From Lama glama (Eukaryota): a DNA stretch of 64,000 nucleotides. Within the stretch, counting starts at the first letter, position 1; the number at the start of each line of letters is the position of its first letter. Positions 38,655-51,239 of this stretch are shown one piece after another. The notes below the pieces were generated by a model. That model did no database searches, was not told the origin of the DNA, and saw only the letters and a list, made by a program, of their open reading frames with translations. A program made the translations under genes and the position numbers. The stretch lies in NCBI GenBank assembly GCA_028534125.1, contig CM052816.1:85252001-85316000 (forward strand). Reading direction: 5' to 3'.

Positions 38655-39057
38655 TTTGCTTGTGAATATGTTAACCAAAAAAGGTCTTTGTATATATGGT
38701 TGGAGATGAAAACATTATCCTGAATTATCTAGGTAAGCCCAATGTAGTCAAAAGGGGCGTCATAAGGGGAAAGCCAGAGTTTCAAAGTCAGAAAAAAAAT
38801 AGAAGAGATTGAAGGTTCTGCACCACTGATTTTAAAGATGAAGGAAGGCTCCATGAGCCAAAGAATGCAGGTGCCCTCTAAAAGTTAGAAAAGGCAAGAA
38901 AACAGATTATCCCCTAAAGCCTCCAAAAAGAATGCAATCATGTCAACACCTTGATTTTTGGAATTCTGACATTCAGAACTGTAAGAAAATTAATGTATAT
39001 TGTTTAAGCCGCTGGGTTTGTGGTGATTTGTTATAGTGGCAATAGGAAACTCATACA
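38655..39057 (+). mobile_element. MLT1C/D LTR nested in ERV-L pol
   Basis: attatcctgaattatctaggtaagcccaatgta...ccatgagccaaagaatgcagg...aaaggcaagaaaacagatt...gcaataggaaactcataca. Confidence 0.85.
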
Positions 39058-39932
39058 ATGAGACACAAAATTGTTATTTAAGCTCAACTGCTCACTAGGT
39101 AGTGGTTGTTATCTGACTCACAAAATAAATACCTACATATGAAGTACATACATTTATAAATTTATAGATACTTTTATAAGTTAAAACATGGATATATACA
39201 ACAGCATTAAATTATATAATAGAAATTATTTACTAGACTAGGCCTGAGTAGTTCCTAAAAGCTCAAAAAAAAAAGCTATATGGGCAGATAACAGAGATTC
39301 CTGAACTAGAGCTACCTTTATTTTTTTAATTTCCTGTAAGCTCATACTTGTGGCTTCTGCTCAAAATTACTAAAACAGAAAACAGTATGAACCTGATTTG
39401 TGAATATATCTGCATATTCTGCTGTCACCAGTTAGAAGTAAATGACTTCTTTCCTTAAAGCTCCACTCAAGGATGACTCTAAAGACAATGGAGAAGAGAA
39501 ATTATCCTTCTAGATAGTTCTTTGGATAGTATTCTTGGTTGTCCAATCTATAGAAATAAAGAAAAGTCTGATACAGAGATCTGTAGAGATTCATAATTAA
39601 TAGCTAATGCTTTGACTAGGTGACCAGTGGCTCAAAAAACAAAACTAATAAAAATTTCCAAATACTGGAATAGAGGTGCAAAAATTCTGGAGAGAAATAT
39701 GTGTAAATGCATGGGCATGGATTGTGAAAGTATCTGTGTTGAACATAAATACCTACCAAAGAGCCTTTACTGCAAAGAAAGCATGCAGTTATCAGATGTA
39801 TCAGGTATAATATGACTAGTAATGTAAATACCATCCTCTTTTCCCAGACTCTCCATCTCACTCAGTGGCCTCATGTGTAAAACTGTAATAGAGGTAAGGG
39901 GTGGATAGGCCTGAGTTCAACATGAACTTCTC

Positions 39933-40079
39933 TGATGGATATATTCATTAATTAGATGGTGGGACCCTTTCACAATGCAAACATATATCAAAACACTACA
40001 ATGTATAATTTAAGTATCTTACACTATTATTTGTCAATTATACCTCAACAAAGCTGAAAAAATTTAAAACAAAATAAAA
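39933..40079 (+). mobile_element. Short L1 3' end with A-tail and 14-bp TSD, nested in ERV-L
   Basis: ttgtcaattatacctcaacaaagctgaaaaaa; TSD aacatgaacttStc at 39919-39932 and 40080-40093 (13/14). Confidence 0.85.
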
Positions 40080-41115
40080 AACATGAACTTGTCATCAAAG
40101 CTAATCTGGATGGTACCACTGCTGAGTATACAACATGCTTATAGCAGGAGCCAACGCCAAATTCATGGGTATTCCCATTTATCTGGGGAGAACAGCTGAT
40201 CACTTGGTGGAAATTTGATTGCACATTTCATCTTTGAGGGAGCACAGAGTGGGAATTTGATTCCATACTAATTGTCTTGTCTGTGTCTGTGGTTTCACAC
40301 GCAATGTTTTCTCTGACCACTGGACATGTTTTACAAGAAATGAAATGCGGCAATGGAGTCTCACTCACAGAATTAACTGATCTTATATGTTCCATCATCG
40401 AGAAAGATTTGGCTTGATGGAAGTGTGGTGAAGTCTAAAGTCAGAGTGCCTGCAAAGTTGAGATATTCTGAAAGATATGGCAACTGCCATATACCAGCAA
40501 CTGATACGTTATCTTTTCCATATTCAGAATGCATAGTGCTGGGAACCAAGGGATAGAAGTGACCAATTATATAATTACCCTAAAAAGTCATTTGGAGAAT
40601 TTGTTTTTTTATTATTTTCAACTTCACAACTTTAGACTTGGTAAGCTTAGAGGTCTTTGAGCCCAATAAAGGAAGGCTTTCACTGAGGAATATAGTCAGA
40701 ATTCTATTGAGTCATAAATAACTGACTGTTGTCTGGCCAGTTTTGGTTTCTCATGAGAATGAACATGAAGAGAAGGAAAATACATTTTGGTCAGGGAGAG
40801 TGATCCCAATCACCAGAAGAAATTGGCTTCTGATATACCATGGGAGACAGCAGGGCTGTGCCTGAAATCCTAAATAACCGCTTAGGGGTCACTACTACTA
40901 CTTTCTATGTTAATAATCTTGGTTAATGGAAAAAAATAAGCTCAAATAGAAGATAACTCCAACAGAGGAAGGTTAAGTTCATCTCATTGCTTAAAAAGTC
41001 TATCCAGCTGACTGACTGCTTGAGGAGAATAAAAGTAGTAAAAAGTACTGGTAATACAGAAGAGCAATTACAAATTCAGTTCTGATCAGCTAAGGAAGTA
41101 AAGACTGTACTATAT

Positions 41116-41983
41116 ATTTTGTATTTTTTATTGAAGTACAGTCGATTTACAGTGTGTTAATTTCTGATGTACAGCATAGTGATTCATTTACATATATATA
41201 TATATATATATATATATTCTTTTTCATATTCTTTTTCATTATAGGCCATTACAATGTATTAAATATAGTTCCCTGTGTTATACAGTAGGACTTTGTTGTT
41301 TATCTATTTTATGTATAGTAGTTAGTATCTGTAAATCCCAAACTCCCAGTTTATCCCTCCCTGCCTCCTTTCTTCTCTGGTAACCATAAGTTTGTTTTCC
41401 ATGTCTGTGAGCCTGTCAGTGTTTTGTAAATAAGTTCATTTGTGTTCCTTTTTTTTTACCTTCCACATATAAGTGATATCATATTGTATTTTTCTTTCTC
41501 TTTCTGACTTACTTCATATGATGATCTCCAGGTCCATCCATGTTGCTGCAAATGGCATTATTTTATTCTTTTTCATGGCTGAGTAGTCCCCTTTCCTCCA
41601 CACTCTCCAGCATTTTTCATTTATGGACTTTTTAATGATGGCCATTTTGAATGGTGTGAGGTGATACCTCATTTAGTTTTGATTTACATTTCTCTAACAT
41701 TTAGTGATATTGAGCATTTCTTCATATGTCTCTTGGCCATTTGTATGTCTTCACTGGAGAAATGTTTGTTTAGTTCTTCTGTCCATTTTTGGATTGGGTT
41801 GTTTGTTTTTTGTTGTTGTTGTTGCTGTTGTTAATGAGTTGTGTGAGTTCTTTGTATATTGTGGAAATTAAGCCCTTGTCAGTTGCATCATTTGCAAATA
41901 TTTTCTCCCATTCCATAGGTTGCCTTTGGTTTCCTTTCCTTTGCTGTGAAAAAGCTTATAAGTTTAACTAGGTCCTATTTGTT
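41116..41983 (-). mobile_element. Young L1, non-inverted 3' part of a twin-primed insertion
   Basis: T-tail and antisense 3' UTR (ttgaagtacagtcgatttaca..), running up to ORF2 N.(W)DLVKL; internal deletion at ~41588. Confidence 0.92.
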
Positions 41984-42636
41984 GCAGAAAACTATAAAAC
42001 ATTGATTAAAGAAATAAAAGATGATTTAAAGAAATGAAAAGATGTCCCATGCTCTTGGATTGGAAGAATTAATTTTGTTAAAATGGCCATACTACTAAAA
42101 GCAATCTACAGATTTAATGTGATTCCTATCAAATTACCCAGGATGTTTTTCATAGAACTAGAACAAATAATTCTAAAATTTATATGGAATCACAAAAGAC
42201 CTAAAATCACCAAAGCAATACTGAAGAAAAAGAATGAAGCTGAAAGAATAACCCTTAAAGACTTCCAGCAATACTACAGAGCTACAGAATTCAAAACAGT
42301 ATGGTATTGGCACAAAAACAAACATATAGATCAATGGAACAGAATAGAGAGCCCGGAAATAAACCCACACACCCACAGTCAATTGATCTTCAACAAAGGA
42401 GGCAAGAATATACAATGGGGAAAAGACAGTCTCTTTGGCTTGTGGTATTGGGAAAGCTGGACAGGCACTTGTAAATTAATGAAATTAGAACACTCCCTCA
42501 TACCATACACAAAAATAAACCAAAACAGCTTAAAGATTTAAACAGTAGATAAGACACAATAAACCTCCTAGAAGAGAACAAAGACAAAACATTCTCTGAT
42601 ATAAATCATAGTAATGTTTTCCTAGGGCAGTCTACT
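41984..42636 (+). mobile_element. Young L1 ORF2 segment, inverted 5' part
   Basis: ORF 42083-42541 [44 protein letters not shown] is L1 ORF2. Confidence 0.95.
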
Positions 42637-42829
42637 AAAACTGTATTATATTAATGACTGATCTTTCTGTCACCTTAAACCCACTGCTTTATATGGAGAC
42701 CCCCAATGATGTCTAATATGTTCAATTTTAGGCTGAAGTTGAACTGAGTTGACTTCAGCAAATGCTGCTGGGATGTTCTCCCGTGTTGTAAAACTTAAGT
42801 TTTCACCAGAGTAAAATGTAAGAATGAAT

Positions 42830-43295
42830 GCTGAGGAGGAACAGAATCGACTGTTTCTGAGTTCATTCTCCATTTTCTGTATCTGCTCTCTGCTCTGGGA
42901 AGTGGACCTGCGTGGACAGCTTGGGATCCGTTGTTCTCTAGTTTCAGGTGGTTAGAGCAGCTGGGAACACTAGGAGATCTGAGAGCCAGAGTGCTGAGTG
43001 AGTAAGATTGTGCATTCTCTTGACTCATTACTTTAGCAATGGCGGTAGACCTGCTGGAACCCTACAAGAACCCTCAACTTCTGAAAAGGCAGTTCTCTCC
43101 TAGCTACTTTCCCTGGTTTCCAGTGACCTTGATGTGTTGCTGCACTTTAAGGCCTAGGGGTGATTACAGCATTCTGGGGCCTTGTATTTCCCTGGTTTCC
43201 CCACTTTTGCCAGACCTTAGTCCGTTTATTAATCTTTTCTCAAAGCTTGCCGAGTGACTTACTTCCCTTTTTTTCCCCTGCATCCTGATGGGTGG
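42830..43295 (+). mobile_element. LTR33-like ERV-L LTR, probable 3' LTR of the 36.3-41.1 kb element
   Basis: ttcattctccattttctgtatctgctctctgctctgggaagtggacctgcgtggac and tttattaatcttttctcaaa..catcctga resemble LTR33. Confidence 0.55.
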
Positions 43296-44049
43296 ATTTC
43301 TCTACAACATGCCAGGCATTAGGAATGTATTAATGTATCTGGATGCAAAAGGGGGAACTACTTTAATATTATATTCTACTTTGTAGTTGATGAAATGTCT
43401 ACTTTGCAAGACTGCTAACATTTTCCTTCTGCCAGATAGAAAGGCACAACCACATGGACTAAACTCAATCAGATGATTATCCTGTTACACATGAACAAAG
43501 GTAGCGTCAATTTATTCTTAGAAAAGCCTAAATTTTGTGAAGGGCTTAAAATGCAAATATGTTAGAAATAGGTGCATAGTATCAATTTAAATAAACATTT
43601 CTTTTTCAAAATGATATTTTAATTTTCAATATGCAAAGGCACAGAGATTCACTCATGGTGAATGTCCCAATCTCAGTATCCTGGAAACTTGCTATGAACC
43701 AAAAATTATCCCATATCTAGACTAACAGTTTATGCTTTGTGAAATTATCTCATATTATTTACTATATGATTATTTTCTTTGCTTGCTGTAATTTTGAGCT
43801 GAGAGAAAGATAACTTGTTCTGGCAGAGTAATAATCTGGTTTGAGGTGATTTATTTCTAAAGCATGAAAACGTTTTGACAAGATTCCCCAAAATGGCTTG
43901 AGAAAACCTGGTCAGTTCATCAGATGATTCAGGGAAGTTAGTACTTTCTTCTAATATGAAGGTGGGAGATAGTTCGGAAGAATATTTTAAGACTGCACTG
44001 TGATGAATGATGCCAAGTCAGAACAAGAGTCAGAAATATCAGCCAATGA

Positions 44050-44830
44050 TGACAGTTTAAAAATGATATTAAGGTGTGCACAGGCATTGAAAAGGAGCTT
44101 CTGGGAACTATGAAGAGAATTTCCAGCAAGTCTTGCAGAAATTCACACTGATGCTGAGTTTTGGAGAAAGTTTACAAGATAGTTAAGTGTAATAATAAAG
44201 AGTACAGGAAAATATAGTATATTTTTGAAATAATACTATATATTTAGAAGCAGAAGTGTTCAATCATTCAACATTCAGAGAAGGAAAGTAATTCTGTAGC
44301 ATGACTGGAGATGGACTGATAAGTGGAATAAAGGTGGGGTTAAAAATGGAAAGTTAACCAGATGTATATTTGTGGAGGAATTATGTGTTTAAGACAAGGA
44401 GAATGAAAGTCATATTTAAATCATGAGGGAAGGGTCATAATAATTTTAGTATTAGGACTGGCATAATCAGTGTAGAATTTTACCAAGTTCTCTCACAGCA
44501 ATAGATTATGAAGGGACCAAGCTGGAGAATGGAGGGTAAATGAAAAAACTGTTAACAATAATGAAGGGCAAAATGCAGGGGCAAAGAAGAATTTGAGAGT
44601 TGACTATAAATGAACTGAACTCAGTAGCAAGTTGCTTCGGGAGATCATGAGAGCGAGTAACCAAAAATGATGCTCTTGGTCTGGCTTCTGGAATGTGTTG
44701 ATGTTGGTACCAGTCCAGGAAACACTGTGAAGGACTAGATTCTGTAGAGAAGAGTAATATAAGTCTTATTAGGCTTAAATTTGTCAAGTTCCAGTGAGAG
44801 AAGTTTAATTTTATATGCTGATAGGGTAGA
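44050..44830 (-). mobile_element. L2 fragment
   Basis: Purine-rich plus strand with L2 antisense motifs (agagaatttccagcaag, aaaatgatgctcttggtctggctt). Confidence 0.55.
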
Positions 44831-45299
44831 GTCATTAAAAAAAAAAAAAGATGTTGAAAGAAAGTGGTAATGTGGAAGATTGGGAATACGAAGGTGCTGA
44901 CATTGGTTTGACTGTTTGGTGAATCTACATCAAGGAGTGAGGTTATTCCCCTCTTGTCCCTGTCCCCCTCAGCATGTAGCTGTTTATCCCCATCTGTAGT
45001 TGATGTCTATGTGAAGGTTGATGCAGTTTCCAGCTCTTTGCCCTGAAAAAGATAAGGAGAAAAGAGGAAGAATTGCCCTGGCTACATTTGTTTCTCTACT
45101 CAGGTAGAGAGCCTTGGCCTGTCATATGGTTATGACATTAAAGGGAATAGTAAATGACTAGATGTGGTCATTATAAAAAGGGAAAAGAAAGTTAGGCATA
45201 GGTTTTGGGTTGGTCAGTCAATAGAAACTGCCATCAAAAAATCAGCCTATTAAAAATAGGATAGTTAATACAAATCTAATTGTTTACTATATCAGTCAT

Positions 45300-48200
45300 T
45301 TGTATTAAAGTAGATAGGGTAAACACATCTGCCAAATCGCACCCAGCTGCAGATTCAGTTATTAAAAAAAAAAATCTAGCAATAGGTGGGATACAAATCT
45401 AAAACATGATGACCCTGAAAGCCTGAAAGTCAGGCAATGAAAAATGATATCAAACAAAATACAAATCCCACATAGAAATACTAAATATCAGATAACTATG
45501 TTTTAATATGAATCTCTATTTGTAGAGATTAAAGACATTTAGTAATTAATTAATAAGATAGACTTCATAATTAGTTTAATAATTAAATCATCATTTACTT
45601 TTTAATCATTTGGAGTTTAATAACAAAATTATTATCAGTTATTAATGATATTAATATAGTTAATGAACTGAAAGGAAAAATGCGGTAATAAATCACAGCA
45701 ATTATATCTTTAAATAAATATTGCAAATTAGCCTCTGAAATAGACAAAACAAATATATATATATATATATTCATACAAAAGAAATTATGAATGTCATGAA
45801 ATTGGGAAATCACCAACAAGTTGGAACATTTGTGAACAAATTTTTCCAAGACAGACATATCAAGCACATACACTTTAGGAAGTGTGTAGAGCAATTGAAT
45901 AATTCAATTAACAACTTAAAACTAGTGTTTCCTTTTGAGGTCACATGTAGCACTCATAAAACATTTACTACAAAATTGATCATGAAGAATTTATTAACAA
46001 ATCCATAAAGGTAAATACCACAGAGAGAACAACACTTGATTACAGTGCAATGTAATTTAAAATCAATAATTAAAAATAAATAATGTATATTAGAAAACCA
46101 AAAATGTGCAGTTGGTTTAAGAAAGCATTATACCCATCAATATGTCTGATTGAGAAAATACAGACCTATATATACAAATTCACAATAATGTTAAATAAAT
46201 AATACTAATAATTTTAACACACTGTTGAGCTCAGGAATAAATGAACAGAATTCCTGGATTTCAGACTCAAACAATGACCATCAAGTCAGGTGGAGAAACT
46301 CTTAAGTTAAAGTCTCAGAAACTGTGGTGTTTGTTGCTCCAAATATTGCCTCTAATATCTAGGGATTAAGTATTATCCATGAAGGAACATCTGATTGGAA
46401 AAATGGAGTAGGGACCTCTTAACACAATTGCTATAATTAGAGTAGAGTAGGGACCCCCACTGAATGAAAAAATATAGTAACAATGCTAGTGAGGTGGCAT
46501 AGACCTTATTTATGTCTAGGACTCTGTTAGAAGGAAATGTATTTATTCTATGAATAGTTGAAGCTTCATGACTTTTGTAGTAATTCCCAAGTCTCCCTCC
46601 AAGTTGAAGAATTGTCAAAATTTTGTGTACACGTTAAAGAAATATGTTTTATTGCATGTCAATTTTACATCAGTAATGTTTTTTAAAATTATCACCTCAA
46701 AAAATTAAGAGGCTTTGCAGGTAAATTTTTACCAATCAGCCCATTTATAGCCCTGCAACCTGCTGTCAAGGCAACTGAGGGGGTAGAGGACCGGCAAAGA
46801 TTGTTTGGGTCTATTTTAATTTTTTTGTTGCAATAAAATTTATAAAACATAGAATTTGCCATCTTAAACATTTTTAAGTTCAGTGGCATTAAGTGCATTA
46901 ACAATGTTGTGCACCCACTGCCGCCATCTACCTCCAGAACTCTTCATCTTCCCAAACTAAACTATCCCCATTAAGCAATTCCCTTTTCCCCCTCGCCCAG
47001 TCCCTGGCACCCACTATTCTACTTTCTATCCCTAGATTTTGATGACTCTAAGTATCTCATATAAATGGAACCATACAGAGAAATAAATGAATAAAAATAC
47101 AATCTCTCATAGAAAAAGAAGAGGAAAGAAAGACATCCAACTTACTTTAGTTAACATGGATTATGCCAGAAAAGATACAAAATTGAATATAATCATATTT
47201 CAGTCATCTAATCCCCCCATTTACACAGCATTGTAAAGTGACTATACTTCAATTATAAATGAATGGAAAATAACAAAAGTGCCCACTAACACACAAATGG
47301 ATAAGTAATTTTCATATATCCATGCAATTGATATTATTATATTGATATCAATATAATAGTATTAGTTGATAGTACATTATATTAATTGATACTCATGTAT
47401 TAGTTTACACAGCACCATGAATTTCAAAAACCTAGGTTGAGTGAAAGAAGCAAAACAAAATAGTATGTGCTGTATGATCCCATTTAACTATTTTCACAAA
47501 GTGGCATAACTAACTGATGTTTCTGGAAATGAGAAAAGTGGTTATACAGAGGCAGAAACTGTAGACACTAAGATGCATGAGGGAGCCTAAGAGGATGCTG
47601 GAAGTCTTCTATACCTTGATCTGAGTGAGGGTTAGTGGGTACAGAATTGTTGGAATGTACACATAAGATTATTTCATGCACTTTACCAAGTGTAGGATAT
47701 CTTTTTTACAAAGATAGAAACTTAAAACATAGGAATATAGTATGGTAATGGGTTGGAAGTATGAATATTGTAAAGTTATCAAAAACATTATTCTAAATAA
47801 GTGGAGACATTTTAATGGTGTTATTTATCATGAATATGTTTGTAGTGTCTATTTTATTTTATTTATGGCATAGTCCCAAAGAAAGTAACCAATTAGATAT
47901 GTCACCATTCAGTGTTTTCTCCTGAATATAATGCTATAGAGGCCTAATATTATTAGTTGTGAAGAGATGACATTTGCCTCTAAATATGCTGGGAAAGCAT
48001 TTTGTTCCCATGAAATGACCTATGGGTTCAATTAAATCTCAGAAAATTTCCAGCAGGCTTTCTGGTAGGGTTTAAAAGAATGATCTAAAGACGTGGGAAA
48101 AATAAAAAATTGACTTAAAATAAATATGCAACCACTTAGGGCTTGAAGAAGAAAACCTAAGTTGGGAATTTATACTACCATAAAGTGGCAATTATCATTA

Positions 48201-48880
48201 GGTATCAATACTTAACGTGATGAAGATATAAATTTAGATGAAATCGACCAATGGACTTAAAAAGATGGTCTAGAAATGAATACAACAAAATGATCATCAA
48301 ATTTACTATAAAATTTGTCTGAAAAATCACGGGGGCAGTTTTTTTTTCTCTGTTTATAAAAGGTGATGGATGAAATGAACAACTTTATTATGAAAAAAGT
48401 TATGACTTTTATGTAAGAATCTCAGATGGATCAAGTATTTAAAATGTCTTCATGAACTTGGGATTGTCAAAATTAATAACTAATCTGTCTCTCAAGTTGG
48501 GGATACTTTGTCGTTTTTCAAGTGTCTTTTGGTTTTGCTATAGTAAACTTACTGGGCAGGCTTTAAGAAAATTATTATGTGAAATACATGAACCCTCAAA
48601 AAAAGAAAGAAAAGGAATAACTTTAAAGGAGAATATTAATAAATTGAACTTCATTAACATTAAGGATGCTCATTAAATTACAACATTAGCAGGATGAAAG
48701 TGTAAGTCACAACAGTGGAGAAGATTTGCAATGCAAATATTTGAAAAGGTTTTTACCTATAACATATAAATCAGCTCCTATAAATAATTAAGATGCAAAT
48801 AAAAAGCAATTAAAAATGGCAGAAAGTCTTGAACATATACTCCACAGAAGATAATTAATTAAAATCATATATTTTCATTT
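45300..48880 (+). mobile_element. Patchwork of ancient L1 (L1ME-like) ORF2 and 3' fragments
   Basis: A-rich; motifs ggttgagtgaaagaagc..tgtatgatcccattt, ataaattgaacttcattaacattaag, gggttggaagtatgaatattgtaaag. Confidence 0.6.
46819..47078 (-). mobile_element. L1MB-like 3' end
   Basis: aatttgccatcttaaacatttttaag..ttcagtggcattaagtgcatt..ccagaactcttcatcttcccaaac..tcatataaatggaaccataca. Confidence 0.85.
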
Positions 48881-51239
48881 TAAAAACCTGCTTTTCTTGA
48901 CAAATGTTCTTGAGGTTGAATCCTTTGTCGCCAAAATGGAGAGCAAGCACTGTGTTTAATCTTTTTGGGTTGAGCCTTTCCCTATACCATACTATCTCTT
49001 ATTATGCTTTAAAATCAGTAGGAACCCAAGAAGTATGTATCAAACTAACATGAAATATTAAGTCTGGTGTGAATACTAAACTGATTCAAATACTCTCATT
49101 TATATTTGATCCTTTTTCTCTTTACACTTGGATTATCAGTGATTATTTATACAAAGTCCCACTAAACATAAGGTTTAAGAAATGCAATATGATAATTGAC
49201 AGTTGATCTCCTTCATAACCTCTTTTGAATATTTCTTGGTGTATTTCAGGCTACCTTAACTTATACAAATATAGACAACAGCCTATGTATTTAATTCAGA
49301 CAGATAGAGAACAAAGATTTGACTGTAAAGTTTTATTTCCACCTTGGAGAAAGAAAATTACTCCAAGAAAGTATATCTTACTGAAAGAACTGGAGGAAAA
49401 GTTTAAAATGTGATAGTTGGTGAATAGATAAGTTAATTATAATAATAGACGGATTACTATGAGTGTCTTAGAAATTAGTGATTTTTCATGTTAAATAAAT
49501 TCAACATGTAAAGAATATATTTTTATGTCACTTACCACTCCAAAGTAGTATTTTTTTTTAATATGATGCTAGCTGTCTTTCATTATTTCTGATTTTTAGT
49601 TTGTGTTGGCTTTCTAAAATATAGTATGTCAAATCAAGCTGTAGGTGTAGTTTGAGGGGACGGATGAAATGTTTAACAGTCCACCATTCCATATATGTAT
49701 AGGTATATAATTTTTGGATTAGGGCATCATGAAAGAGGAGATCATCAAAGTAGCTCCCGAAAGTGGAAGTGACTGGGACCTCCAAGAAAAGGTAAATTAT
49801 CTCCTGTAGCCTATGAAATATGTATTAACTGAGGAGTCGTCTATTGAAGGTGAAATTTATAAAAGAGTCTTTTCATTCTCTGCCATAAGAAAACCTCATA
49901 CATCACTCATCAAAAAGGAGGAGGAAGAGTTCCCTGGAATCACATAATAAACTGTCAGTACTGCATAGTGATTAAAAACACCATCTAAATTCCATTTGGG
50001 CAAGGTACTTGAGAATCCAGATCAAACAGGCCATGTATCAAGAGAGTAGACTAAATGTCACAGTGTTCCATTGTGACAGATAGATTAGTGACAGAGAAAT
50101 ATATATAGGCCTGAAGCAAGAGTTTCCAAGCAGACATTTTAAAACATGCTTCATAAGCATTATTCTAAATAAGCAGGGACATTTTAAATGTTGGAATTTA
50201 TCATTAATGTGTTTGTAGGCTCTTTGTAATTGTTCTTAATTTTTGACATAATGGTTAAAAAAGCCACTCATGAGATATTCCAACGCTCAATGATTTCTCT
50301 CATATATGATGCTAAAGAAGCTTAGGTGTGAAAAGATGGTGTTTCTACATAAATGCGATGCTTTCTATCCTGAACTGTTTGTCTTTTATCACCTTTTTTT
50401 TCTTTTGTTGAATTTATGTTTACTCTCTAAAAATCTAGTTTTACAATGAAATTTTATCCATAGGTAGTTCAGCATACATTCAGATACGAACTTAAAATGT
50501 TAAAGATGTTACAAGGTAACCAAACAAGAATGCTTGAATTGGACCAGTCACTTTCGAGGATGAAATAGAGGGAATTTATAATAAGAGAAATAGATGTGAC
50601 CATCATTCTCCTGCTACTCTATGCAAATTCAGAATAACTTAAATTCTCCACACCTATGGCACCCAAAAGTAAAATGGGTGATTTATTTTTCATTCATTAT
50701 CATATCTCTGAACTCAGGCATTTCCTCTTCTCTTCCTTCCTCCGGTACTGCTGCCTTCTGATTTCTGCCTCATTGCTGCCTAGTGCACTGGCCCAGTGGT
50801 GTTTATGCATGATTGATTTGATTAAAAATTGTATTTTGTGAATGAGGCTAATAACGATTTCCTTTTTTATTGGAGTAATATGAGCAAAGTGGACTAATCT
50901 TAATAGTGAAATTTGTATTTTGCATACATCGATGTAACTAAAAATTAGAGAGGAAAAAAAGATAAAAATACTTTCAGGAGCACAGCTGCCTGTTGCCAGA
51001 TCCCAGTCAGTACTCATGCCCAATTAGCCAATATGCTGGCTTCTATCAAAACTGATTAATTTTGCCTGTCCCTGAACTCATATTAATTGAATCAAAGAGT
51101 GTATAATCTTCTGTATGTTGTTGTTTAATTTTGCAAACCTCCATGAAATTCATCCATGTATTCTATGTAACTTTAATTTTGTTTTAATTTTCTGTGTAGT
51201 ATTCTGTCCTTGAAATGTATCACAGTATATTATCTTCTT

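Larger units (their letters stand above)
36290..41100 (+). mobile_element. ERV-L internal region (ERVL-E/ERV3-16-like): decayed gag-pro-pol
   Basis: 37620-37880 translates to YHTPRGITKISATINDLK..ATSPFNMPIW..RMTVDYH..VIQITAAFPDMISPLEKINTDPDTWYTAI, the ERV-L RT N-terminus. Gag-like 36400-36900; IN-like 40100-40500. Confidence 0.88.

Noticed and set aside
42083..42541. Longest ORF (152 aa) as a host gene
   Set aside because: It is an L1 ORF2 fragment, with an upstream stop and a downstream frameshift.
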